Program-made: the position numbers and the translations under genes
In this document: positions 1-12,300 of the stretch, piece after piece
Layout of the letters: the number at the start of each line of letters is the position of its first letter
Position numbering within the stretch: position 1 is the first letter of the stretch
Notes under the pieces: generated by a model
What the model was told of the DNA's origin: nothing
What the model saw: the letters and a program-made list of their open reading frames with translations, nothing else
Databases searched by the model: none
From: Paraspadella gotoi
Lineage: Eukaryota; Animalia; Chaetognatha
Reading direction: 5' to 3'
Assembly: GCA_051294375.1 (NCBI GenBank)
Contig: CM119265.1
Location: 20,120,966 to 20,184,965, forward strand
Length of the DNA stretch: 64,000 bases

Positions 1-943
1 AGTGAAAACACGCGCCTCAGTCCAAAAAACGGAGAGCACTGGACAAACAAGGGGGCCGAAAACAAGGTTCTTCCCCCTGCAGCCGTACTAAGCGCCGAGG
101 GCAAACGAGAGGGCCGAGTCGCGGCTCTTCCCTCCGCAGCCGCGCAGGGTGCGTCGAGGGCAAGCGAAAGGGCCGAGTCAAGGCTCTTCCCCCGAAGCCA
201 CGCACAACGAAGACGAAAAAGATGGCGGCCGTGAAGAGAGAACTTCAAAAAGCCACGTGTTGAAGAATATCTGTATTCTGAACTCCAAAAAAAGAGAACG
301 AAAAATATGCAAAATTATTTCAACAAAAATAATCAAAAAATATTTTCGTAAAAAAGCCGGGAGACTGTGAGCGCAAAAGCGCGAACAGAAGAAGTGATTC
401 TGTCTCGTGTCGGCGTACTGAGGTAGCGTACGGGAGGGGAAGAGAAGGCGGGGAAGAGGTTTCCTCTTTCGTTTTTCTCTCGGGAGATGTCGCGTTTGCA
501 GAGCAATGCTCACTTTCACTTTGTTGGTGGGGAAGAACAACATGATAGAATTAAACCCGGTTACATGCACTAATAATATTTAGTAAGAAGTTTGAGTATG
601 TAGTTATGCACCTCACAGTTAAACGTAAACAGAAAACTGTAAAAGCGATACATGAAGATCACAAGTTATAAGTTTAAAAAAAATGGAATGTAAACAATAT
701 TTGGGCGAATAATACTGAAATTCTTCCGAGCAGACAAACACCGTAAAAACTTGCGAATAATACGCGTAAAGTTGAAGTGAATCGTAGAAAATGAAGACTA
801 GTTTTTTTCGGACGTACGTAAAAATTAAATAAGAATCTTGCTTTATTGTTGTTGTTTTTCATTAAATAGGCACTGAATGGCTTAAACAGACCGCAAAGAA
901 AACAAGCAAACGAAAAATAAAAAATAGAAAAACCTAAAAGAAA

Positions 944-3553
944 TCAGTCAACAACTACCCTTGTCCCAGCGCCAAGCAAGAGCTTTGCTGCAAGCTCCTG
1001 CCGGCAAAGCGGACACTCCTTAATAGGCTCAACGCAATCGTTGCAACAGCAAACGTGACCGCAAGGGAGAAAAATAACATTGGGTGCAGCGTTAAGGCAG
1101 ACGACACATTCCGTCTGGTGATGAATCTTGAAAGAAGTTGATGGAACGGTGGCATTGGATATATTTGGAACATTTCCGGGAAATGCGGCGCCTCTCTCGT
1201 CGTTCGTTATCGTTGTCGCCGTCTCGGTTCGATTCTCTTTTTTCCACGTCTTCTTCTTCATTTCTGGGGACGAGGGCGCGGAAGGAAGACGAACGGTGAG
1301 GTCGCCCGACACCGGCATTTCCAACCGGCGAGTTTTCTCCTCCGCCCGATCTTTCTCGTCCCGATAAGTCTCGATCTGTTTGAGGATAGCTTTTCGGACG
1401 CCAACGTCGTCGACGCCGATCTCGGCCAAATCCCCGTCCGTCAGAGTCAACATCGTCTCTATAGTGATGCGGTTTGTAGCGAAAAGGGTAAGGAAAGAAT
1501 TAGCGCCGGCTTCCTTCAGTAAAGACGCCACCACAGCTTCCAGTTGACTATATTCTTCGTCCATAAGCGACTGGGGCTTCCGATCCATTAGGCGCTGATA
1601 CTGGATGAGCCAATATTGCTTGATCGAGTCTTCGCGCTGATCCTCCATCTCTATGAGCCGATTTTTCAGCTCCTTCTCCCGCTTGCCCTTCTCGTCGATG
1701 AGCTGAAGCAATACGGCGGTGAGGGCGCTGCGGTGTTCCGCCAGCGCTTTTTTGTCCGATTCGGCCTTGACGGCTTTCCGCTGGATCTCAAGCAGCGTCA
1801 GGTTCATGAGTTCGTCCTCGATTAGCCCGATCTCTTTTCGTAAGCGCTCATGCTTCGAGTCTTTATCCATTACCAGCTTTTCGTAGGCCATACGTTGAAA
1901 CTCCACCTCCTCGAAGCAATTGGCCATGATCTGCTCTCTCTCCTTGAGGGTTCGATCGACGGCCCTGTCAACTTGACGTTCGTCCTGGACCATCTCATCG
2001 AGCGTCCGCCGAGCCGTTATTTCCCGTTCTCGTTCGTACTTTTCGTAGGCGGCGAGCATCTGGTCGTCGTTGTGCAACAACTCGAGCTGCCGCATGGACT
2101 CGATGACGTCCTTCTGGCGAAGGAAAGCGGCCTCTTCAACCTTCACCTTGTAGTAATCTTCGAGGTCAACGCGGTCTCGCTCCGCCTTGTCCATTATAGC
2201 CTCAATGAGCTTGGCTCGTTCGTTGGTCTCCAGAATAGAAGCGATGAGACCGTTCACCTGCAGATTAAATTTCGGTAAAACGGGTCGCGCATGTTGTCAA
2301 CGAAAATAACTAATGGTCGAACCTGATCCTCCGCGTCCTTGACCGAGGTCATAAGATTGAGACGGTCCTTGTCGCGCTTCTCGAGGATAACCTCCAGATT
2401 GGCGAGCACTTTACCCTCTTCGCGCTCGATGTCTTCTACCAGATTCACCTTTTCAGCCTGCGACTGGGCCACCGCCTGCAACTCCCGCTTCTGCATCTCC
2501 CTGTACTCCAACTCGCTGCGCAGTGCGTCCTGTCGCTTCTGCTCCTCCTTGTCCTCAAAAAATCGCCGACGCTCTTCCATGTGACCCTCCGCGATGCGAC
2601 TTTCCTGAGAGGCGCGAAGAGAGATTACAAATTTATTCCTATGTAAACTTAATCAAGATTTAAACACGCCAATCAATAAAGAACCCACTTCCAGCGCCTT
2701 TTTTCGCATCGTCGTCGTTTCGTCGTCTTCCTCCAATGCGTCGTCGACCCCGGAATCCCTCGGAGGGCAGTAGGGGCGCCCGGCGGCTGAGCAGAGCGCT
2801 CGCATGATGGACTCGATACCTTCGGCGCAAACAAGCGAGTCGGGAAATTTCATGTTGGCGGCGTCGAGAAAGAGTGTCGTTAGCGTCTCGCATCTCTGCG
2901 AAAAACCGGGCGGTATTTTCGTCACCTTCTCGTTCTTCTGAATATCGAGCGCTTTGAGCCTCTCCAGTTCGACTAGGCAACTCGGAAACTCTTTTAAACG
3001 ATTGGCTTGTAGGTTTAGTTGAGCCAGGTGTCGGAGCTGGCCGAACGACTTCGGTAGGGATTCGAGCTTGTTCTCGCGCAGGTTTAGGGATTTGAGATTG
3101 ACGAGGGCGGAGCCGAAATCGGCGGGCAGTGAGTGAAGACTGTTTTCAGATAAATCGAACGATTGTAGCAGGTAAAGATCGGTCAGCTTGCCGCCGTGCT
3201 CGAAAGAAGAGAGGGAGTTGACGCGGACGACGAACGTTTCCTTGCGAAGGATCTTGACGAGAGCAAAGAGGCCCTCGGGAAATTGGGAAAGTTCACATTC
3301 GGAGAGGTCGATCGACGGGTGTGGGTCTTCCTTGGCCAAGTACATCTGAAAAAAATTATTACTAGTTATAATTCAAATTGTAATCGTAAAGGGAAATAAA
3401 TAATAGTATATTAATCCAAAATTTAGAACGACGGATTACGACGAGAGTTTATGTCCAACAATATGAGATGATTTAATTCCTGAAACTTACCTGTCTTTCT
3501 TGACGTTTTTTGGCCTCGGGCGATTGCTTCGAACCTTTGTTTTTTCGAAACAT
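944..3553 (-). CDS. LRSAM1: LRSAM1-like E3 ubiquitin ligase (LRR - coiled coil - SAM - C3HC4 RING), 4 exons
   Basis: Exons 3553-3491, 3345-2689, 2604-2323 and 2257-944 join in frame through GT-AG introns. Contains LRR repeats (LxxLxLxxNxL), a long coiled coil, a YWLIQYQRLMD motif, a SAM-like segment and a C-terminal CVVC..CGHVCCC..C..CPLC RING. Confidence 0.93.
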
Positions 3554-3796
3554 TTTCAGACAGATTTTTTCGAGTGGCAGTTTTCTAAGATTTGTTGGTG
3601 GTATTCCGTTGAAAATCTTCGAGTTACGACTGATACCACAACAGCATGGCGTCAAAGGTATTTTGCAGTTGAAAAATGTTCGAAGTAGCACCAAAGCGAT
3701 TGATGTGAACTTGCTGTGAATTTAGAACGACACAATATCTTTAGAAAAATCAAACACAAAAATAAACGATTTGACTGGTTGTATTACACAAAAAGA

Positions 3797-3800
<4 letters not shown>

Positions 3801-3846
<46 letters not shown>
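3801..3846. repeat. (GA)n microsatellite
   Basis: Uninterrupted GA dinucleotide run, directly visible. Confidence 0.95.
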
Positions 3847-3849
<3 letters not shown>

Positions 3850-3920
3850 AAAAACTGAAGAGTGAGGGAGGTTTGAGAAAGGGTGAAATAGTTCAAAGCG
3901 AGGCGACGTCTCCGTCGGAG

Positions 3921-5037
3921 TCAGGGGGCGATCGTCAAAGCCGTAGACGTCGTCTGCGTCGTCGATCCGCCAGTCGAGAAGCACTTGCAAAACGACATCT
4001 GGACCACGCTGCGGCAGTAAGACTTGAGCGAAAGAAGATAGGGCTTTTTGAGTCGAGTCTTGTGAAATCCCACCTTTTGTCGGTCGAGCGCCACAAGATT
4101 GGGAAAGTGCTCGAAAAAGGCGCTGAAACAGCGGGCGAAATAACCGCGACACGCCTCGTTTTTTACGTGTCCGTTGGTCTTGAAGGGGCATTTGATGTAA
4201 ACTTCGCGGCCGAAGGCATAGAGGAGGGTATTAAGGACCTTGAAGGCGTACGAGTTTTTGACTGTGACCGTGGAGTCGTGAATGGCCGTCACGTCGCGGA
4301 TTTTTGGGTGGCGAGGAACGAATTCGTCGAAAATCCACTGAATCTGAGAAAAATTATAAAATACTAATAATAATTCGTGAACAGTTTAAAACAAATAAAG
4401 CAACTAACCCCCTGTTCGTCGCCTTCTCCTACGAAGCCATTCCCGTCTGCGAAGGAGTTGGGAAAGTGATGTACAAAAGAGCTGCCGGCAAACTGCGTCT
4501 GCGTCGCGTGGGCAGAGTCGTGGAGGTGATGCTCCCTCGTCGACGTCGATTTGTTCGTCGAGTCGAAGTCGTAGTTGAGATCATGAGCCTGACTCTGCCG
4601 ACTTACCTTGATCTAGTTAGGTTAAGAGGATATAATGGAAAAGCTTTTTCAATCTTAAAACCATTCTTTTTGCAGTTTATTGTAAAAAAAGTCACCTTCT
4701 TTGCGTAACTCGAAGTCGACGGTCTTTTCCTCGCTTTAATCGAATGCGCTCCTAAGGGAACGAAGGGCTGACAAACGAGGCTCCCGTCTGGCTTGGCTTC
4801 ACGCCGAACAAGTGACGATGATCCCGCTGCGTCTAGCGTCACCTCGACGTCAGCAACTCCAGGGCTCAATCGTTGACGTCTAAAGTCCTCTGCGAGGCGA
4901 TCGTCGCCGGCCCAAAGGGCGCCGCCACTACCGTCGGTGGGGCGGACAAGGACGAAGACCTCCAAGTCGCCCCCGGAGAGGGAAGTCATTTTCAGTGCCG
5001 TCTCCAGAACCATCGTGGATAGGGAGAGTGGTGTCAT
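3921..5037 (-). CDS. Unknown protein, family member A (MADS-like N-terminal segment + conserved C-terminal domain), 3 exons
   Basis: Exons of about 5037-4696, 4612-4409 and 4343-3921 splice in frame. The segments VLETALKMTSLSGGDLEVFVLV and QWIFDEFVPRHPKI..KVLNTLLY..KCPF..C..YFARCF..FPNL align by eye with the genes at 9325-13989 and 16967-18304. Confidence 0.75.
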
Positions 5038-5740
5038 GGCGAAAAGGTAGCAAATCAGGGGTTCGTAAATTAAAGTCGCTGGTTTAAATAGGGTAAAAGT
5101 CTAAAAAAATACATCGAAAGCTCTTATAAAATTCAAAATAATTTTAAACAATCGCGACAAAAACAAAAATTCTTTCAGTTGAGTAAACTACCCTCACAAA
5201 AAAGTCAACAGACGACTAAATTGAAACGAACACACGAATACATCATCAATCGTAATCTCAACGAAAGCCAAAAAGGAAACTTGTCTCAGCTATTATAATT
5301 ATATCAAGGATTAAAAAGGTTTTCTGAAGTAGGAGAAAAACAAGTAACATAAGAAAAAATCAAAAGAAAGGTTTTAAATGAACATTGTGATTGTTCGTTG
5401 ATTTTAAACGCCATAAGCATTACAAAGAAAATGCTCGCAATAAATAAAAAAAATCAACTTTTGGTAATAACCACCTAGCTGAGAATCAAAATAATTTTGA
5501 CGGAAGAGCGGGAGATTAGCTTCTAATGTACGTAACACGATTCGTGCGGCAAATGACTGAGGGGACGACGGGTGAACCGCGACAATGACTCACCATTGGT
5601 GATCACGAGTTCCACAATCACAACATTAATAATGCCACGCTTCAAAACCGAAACAAGGTAAACTATAATCGATGGCGAGAGGGGTGGACTCGTCAAAGTT
5701 TGTCCTCAAAATATTGATTTGTTTGTACAGGAAAAAAAAG

Positions 5741-7598
5741 TTAGATATTAATCGTCACGTTATTTAGGTCGGCCGTAATTTTGGCGGCATCCATGGGAAC
5801 ACTCTGAACAGGGGAGGATCCTTCAGCTGCCGTCGCCGCCGCAGCTGCCTGAATTTTCTTAAATCGTTGTTGGAGATCCTTGCAGAACTTTTTATGGGTA
5901 AACCAATGGAGCTTCTGGCAATCACTGTCGCAATAACTTGACATCTTGCATGCGGCGCAACGCTTCTGCGCGCCCACCGAGCCGCAAGTATCGCAAACGC
6001 GATCATCTTGATTCGGGATAGCGGGCCCGTTGACCGCCGTGTTTAAAACCTTAACGTTGGAGATTTAAAACCAGTAGAAAACCATTTTTTCGACCAACTT
6101 TGAAGCGCGACTAGTCTATTCAGCACTCACGTCCAGCGCGGAGGGCCTGTGACCGATTTGCGTATTGGCCAAAGTTCGAACCATGCCTTGGAGTGAATCC
6201 GATTCGGAATAAGGAAATTCCCTAAGGGTTTGACGAATGAACTTTTCCTGGCCGGCTGGGAACATGTCACTGTCGCGAAGTTTCATTAACATCTGGAAAA
6301 AAATACTAAACCGAAGAAAAAGGAAAAAAATTTCCACCGGTGGACGGAGCGAACCTTAATGAACGAGGCGCCCATGTCTTCGCGACAGACATGTGATTTT
6401 CCCATCTCGCGCACGATGCAAGCCAAATAATTCATCTTGATGGCGCGCGCTTCGTTGTGGGCCGTCGGATTTTTTGCTTTGAACCACTTTCCACAGAGTT
6501 TCTCCAAAAGGCGCACTACCTAATATGGGCAATAAACGGAGCTCGATGTGAGGGGAGAAAATCTGACGAAAGTCATCATAAAAATTTATACGTACTTTTA
6601 ACCGATTTTCCAAGAGACAAGGATGACGTTGAATAAAAATTCCGATATAAGTGGGATGAATGTTTTGAGAGAGTATGAGTCTGTGAAACGATTGAAGGCA
6701 ATCCAGAGGTAATTCCGCTTCATTCTCTAATCCTAACGATAGGAATATGCACATCAAAATTATTAAAACTATAAAGATATACGCTTAACTAGAAATGCAT
6801 CTCGTTAACTCACCTTGGGGTTTTGTGTACGCTTCTAGCTCTTCCCGGGGAATAAAATTGTTTATGAAGCTGGCCACGCGATGCTGACCCACGAAAGCAG
6901 CCATCTGAGCCGCATTTCGCCCAACAGAGTTGGTGACCAATGGTTTTGCTCCGTTTGCTAGGAGAAGTTCCGTCACCTTTTTCGGTAATGAACAATTTCA
7001 ACTCAACGAAAAAATAGTCAATAATAGTCTACAGACTATAATCTGTAACTGAAAAACCTGAAGGTTTCCTGCAATTCCGGCAAACATGAGCGCTGTGTAG
7101 TTAAAGTCGTGTTTGTCCGAGTTAACGTCGGCGCCATGTTGAAGGAGGAGCTCGCACATCGGAATGCTTCCCTGTGAAGACCGAGGTTTGAGGAAATTCG
7201 ATTTCCAAACAGCCTTAGGTCATATCACTTTCAACAGGATAAAGTAGGAAGGAAAGAAAAAGTACAAAGACTGCGGAGAATATTCTGTCTACTCCACGTA
7301 CCTGATGCGCAGCGTGCATGATCGGTGTCATCCCGTGAGCATCGAGACAATTGACGTCTGGGGGATCCTCGCCGGCCAGCAGCGCCAAGGCCGCCTCCAC
7401 ATCGCCACAGGCGATGACATTCAGGAGAGACTGCTCCGAGATTGTTATTGGGGGGTGCCGCGACGGCGCAGAAACGGCTTCCTTGAGAGCGTCTTTGTCA
7501 ACCTCTTGAGTTGAAGTTTCGCACTTCTCAGTGTCACTCTTAATGACAGAGCCAGTTTTCGGAGGAGGAGCTCCGATGTCGGGATTAGAGTCTCCCAT
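5741..7598 (-). CDS. ANKMY2: Ankyrin repeat and MYND domain protein 2, 7 exons
   Basis: Ankyrin repeats ([34 protein letters not shown]), an [10 protein letters not shown] motif and a C-terminal MYND finger ([26 protein letters not shown]). Exons join in frame. Confidence 0.92.
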
Positions 7599-9324
7599 TA
7601 CGATTTTTGTTTTCAAATCAGTGGCGACCAAAAAGTAACAACCTGAGCGGATTATCGAAATAGTGGCACGAAAAAACGTATGACAAGTGGCGAAGCAAAA
7701 ATTGAAAACTAAACTAAAACGGATGGAAGGAGAAAATAAAGACGAGATCTGGACGCAACGAGGTGAGTCGCTTCAAAAATCCGAGTGTCGTTGACTCGCC
7801 GGTCCGTACGGAGGAAGTCCGTCTTTTTTGTTCTGTCGTTTGATGAGCGTGAAAAAGTTCCGCCTGAAGAGATCGCGGCACGACGTGCGCACGGAGCGCT
7901 CCCGTCCGGACGGAAGTGACTTCGTGTCTGCAAAAGAAACAACGAGAGCGAGATGGAGAAAGAGGGGAAAAATGATGGAAAGAGAAAAGGAACGGGCGAG
8001 TGACAAAATATTAATTCGCGAATGGATGAGAAAAAACTGGCAAAAAGCTAATCTTTAACGGTATTTTATACGCTTTTTGTATAATAACGGCGCATAGCAT
8101 AACAAAATTCATCAACGATTATATTATTTATATTTTTTTCTGAACATGAAATGCAGAGTTTTTTTTCAAGAATAGTTTTGTTTTGGCCGGTAAAAATAAA
8201 AGGCGCGGAGTGACCGCGAGATCACAAAAATAACCTAATATAATGTTAGAAAGCTAACAAAAACTAAAAAAAAAAAAAAAAACACAAAAAAAAACCAAAA
8301 AAAGTTTTTATAGTCTGCGATCTGTGGCCAGATTGTTTAAGTTTTCGGCTCTATTTTTGAACTGGTTGTTCTGACGTTTCAGCAGCATAAAGAAGTTTCT
8401 CCTGCACATCCAGCGGCATGAGGCTTTGAAGGAGCACTGCGTCCGCTGACCGATGGGCCTCTTCACGCCTGCAGGAGGAGGAGGGGGGATTGTTGGGGAA
8501 ACGTTTCTTCTTGGTCAGTTTTTTGCTCTTTCGCGGTCGCAAAAAAAGCATTCCGGTTTCCTCTCCCCCCTCCGATCTCTCTTCGTATTCTCGGTCGGCT
8601 TTAAAAAAGTTACAAATTCGCCAAAGGTTTCGTGCGATTTGGTTTAAGCGTTTGCAATTTCAGGTTCTTTGGCGTTTTTTTTTAATCTTTATTCTCTTTG
8701 ACGACGAGGAATCTCAAAGTGGGTACGGGGTAACTTTGATTTGATTATGTTTTGACAAGTGGTTCTTAAAGAAGTCGTACATCATTTTGCGACAGGCTGT
8801 GCGCATTCGTCGCTTCGCCGAACCCACCGACCGAAAGCACCCTGATGGAAGAGGGAAGGGAGCAAAAAATGCATCGTCTGTGCGTTTTAAATCTAAAAAA
8901 TCGCTTTAAGGGAAGGGAGAGGGGCGACCAAAAATTTCGGGAACCGTCTTTTTTTTACAAAAAAAGCTCTATCTGGCGCAAACTGTACCAGTTTTTTATC
9001 GATAAAAAACAGTTATGGTTCCACTAAAAAAAGTTAGGGAAATAAATGCTCACCTAGCGTATTTTTTGAAGCATAGAGGAAAACCAACCCCTACATCTCT
9101 CCCGACAATAACCTTTTACTGTAAGTCGTTTCTTCCCCATACTTCTCGTTAAGCCTTTGAAAAGTCAGAATGAGAACCATTTCAAAAGTTACGTCAAAAC
9201 CTCCGTAATTTCATGTTTATGCGTTTTTAATTTTTTTGGGTCTACAATAGTAATTAAAAAAAAAAGAAAGGGACAAAAAGTATAAAATCGATGCCATTTA
9301 ACGATTAAACTTTACTCTTAAATT

Positions 9325-12300
9325 TTACTGTCCGTTATTTGGTAATCTATTTAACTTCAAATTAGTTCTAAAGTTATTTCGAAATCGCTCTCGACACGCT
9401 GGTTTCAAGGGGTAGAGCCTTTTGCCAATCTGACTCGTCCGACCTCGTTCGTGAAGGAGCTGTAGGTTGGGAAGTTGGTTCCATATCTCCTCAAAGCAGA
9501 GCGAGTAGAACTGCTTGCATTTGGGGTCCTCGATGCTGCGGAAGGGGCATTTGGCGGCGGCGATTTTGGAAAAGTCGTAGAGGAGCGAGTTCAAGAGTTT
9601 GGAAGAGACCGAGTTTTTATCGGAGACGGATTCGTCGCATATCTGCTTCACAGCCTCCAGCTTAGGGTGTTGAAGTATCTCGGCGAAGATCCATTGTTTC
9701 TGAAGGGTTTTTATAAATTATTAAAAATTTTAAAAGCATAGTATAGCCATTATACTATCAAAGAAATTAATGAAAAAAAAAAAAAAAAATTGATTGATGC
9801 AATAACGAATTATTGATGTAATAATAATTGATTGATGGAATAGTAATTAATTATTGATGCGATGATAACCAAATATTTAAGCGATGATAATAGGGGAAGC
9901 CCAACTCAATGGGGTGAGTCAAAAATTTAAAGTGAGTCCATGCTCAAACGAAAATTTATACATTTTTAAGAATACTTTCAATGGACAAAAAACTTCTAAT
10001 ATGGCTCTTTACCCTAGTAATTAATTTTTTAATATTTATTTATAGATAGGAAAGGCCAAAAATTTTTTTTATAGTTTTTAAATTTTAATTTTCAGATAGC
10101 TCATAAAAAGTTTTTTACACAAAGTATAATTCTTTTATAAATATTTTTATGATAAGTGTGTCAAAAATAAGAAAAAAACATAAAAAATCATCATCATCAT
10201 CTTTCGATGATTTTTTAAGTTTTTTTATATTTTCACTTAAAAAACGTAAGAATTTTTTAAAAGCTGTAATTATATTTCTTGTTTAACTTTTTATGCTCTA
10301 TCAGAATACATCAAAAAAATTTAAGATTTACAAAAAAATGGACAGCCGCTGCAGAGCTTAACTCGTTTTTAAAAGAATCAGAAGAAGCAGCGACGGAAAA
10401 AAAGAGAAAAGAGCGACGGAAAAAAAAAAACATATAAATTATAATTAAAAGAGAGAGATAGAGAGCTGGACAGCCGCTGCAGAACTGAACTCGTTTATAT
10501 ATATAAAAATTGTTTGTAAATAAAACAAATGAGTATAAGAATATAAAATATAACAATTTAAAAGACCTCAATGATGAGAAACCATATCTAAATTTTTGAG
10601 CTTCCTTTGGTTACACACTTGAGCTATTTTCAATGTTCAAACAGCGTGACGACGACGACGACACCGGCACAAAGCAATACTAAATGGTTATCTACGCCCA
10701 AGACGGGCTTAAGCCCGTCTGGCGAGATAAAAAAAGTGAAAGGAAATAAAGAGCTTAAGAAAACAATTTTCCCAGAGGAGGATTTAGCCTGCCGTCCAAT
10801 TCTCCTCTTCCTCTTCTTCTTCTTTCCTCCTCCTGCCCCTTAGTATATTTTGTCTAGCGATATATTCTCTCGTTTCTACTCTTGTAGCAGAATAATTTGT
10901 GGTTCATTTCAAATGAGATTGAGTTCTTCAATCTCATTTACATATTGTAGTAGTTTAGACCATTTCTCATATCTTTTCATACAGTTTTCATAATAGTCTT
11001 ATTTTACGGTTTTGGCAATGGTTTTAATAGGTTTTAATAATGATTTAGTTTTCCAATTATTATTCAAATATTTTATAGTAGTATTGTCGCTTTATAAATG
11101 GAAGTATTTTTCTTGTTCTGGGAGACTGGCTCATGTTTGATAGAAGATTGTTATTGTCAAAGGCCAAGCTATTAATAAGCTAGGATTTAATGTTAAGTTG
11201 ATAATACAATAAATAATGTAATTGACCACTATTGCTTCTCTTTATATTAATTCATAAACATTATCAAGTAGAACAGCAAAAATAACAATGCGAGCATTCT
11301 ACCACTAACCATAAGGTCAACAAATAAATAATAATATAAGATGCCCCCCCGTTAGACTCTTCGTGAAATATACCATTATTTTCCCTCTATTTCTTCACGC
11401 CTTCAATACCGCTCAAGTGACGCCCTCTTCGCGGCTCGACACCCTACTCCCCGTGGCTTAAGTTTCCCGTGCAAACCCTCAGCAAAAAAAACCGTGGAAA
11501 TTATCAAAAGAAACTATCTTTCTGCACTAACAACCAAAAACAGAAACTCGGAAATCAACTAAATTGGACAAATTTTCCTCCCCAAAAAGAAAGGATTTTA
11601 TTCGACTAAACCATTACAAAGAAGCTGCATAATTTTAGAAACAAAACCCTTCTTGATATTTATTACAAGATAATTTTCTCTTCACTCTTCATCAACCAAA
11701 ACTTGAAATTTTCAAAATCTAAACATCAAACTTTGAACTTTAAAAACAAGATGCTTCAAACTCTTTCTTTCTCTCTCTCTCTCTCCTCTCTCTCTCTCCC
11801 TCCTCGGCGACTGAAAATGGCGAAAGTTGAGATTGGACTTTAACCTCTTAAGAAAAAGGAAAAAGAAAACGTTATCTCCCTTGAAAGACAAAAAAAAAAA
11901 GAAAAATTAAAATAACTGTCCAGAAAAACCAATACCTTTTCTACCCTAAATCTTGCATAATAAAAAAAAAATGGCCGCAATAAACTTTAAAGATCAAATC
12001 AGTTCTGATGACTCTAAAGGAGAATATATTGGCATCTTGGAAAACCTGATGAATTTTTCTAAAAGATTGCATACTAATAATGCAAACCCACGAATTCTGG
12101 ACAGAATATAATGGATCTACTTGCTTTGGTGCAGAATACACATATGTCCCCTCTTCCTTTAAAAACCCAAACTGTCTCCACCTCAACTCAAACCTATTCA
12201 ACTCAGTCAATGCTTCAACCCAGACCTCAAAACCCAAGGCTAGTTGCAATAAATCAACTCAGACTAAAATACCCTACTCAACCTCCTCTTCCAAAACTAC

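Noticed and set aside
955-2584. Plus-strand and alternative-frame ORFs over LRSAM1 (and likewise over FAM120, DNAJB, HGH1, OATP, HDHD3 and SDCCAG8)
   Set aside because: These are shadow ORFs caused by GC-rich codon usage of the real minus-strand genes and carry no recognisable motifs.
3771-4367. 198-aa plus-strand ORF with an ERERER run
   Set aside because: It is produced by the (GA)n microsatellite and the antisense of family member A.
7709-9027. Short ORFs between ANKMY2 and gene B
   Set aside because: No motifs or consistent splice structure; probably UTR or promoter sequence.
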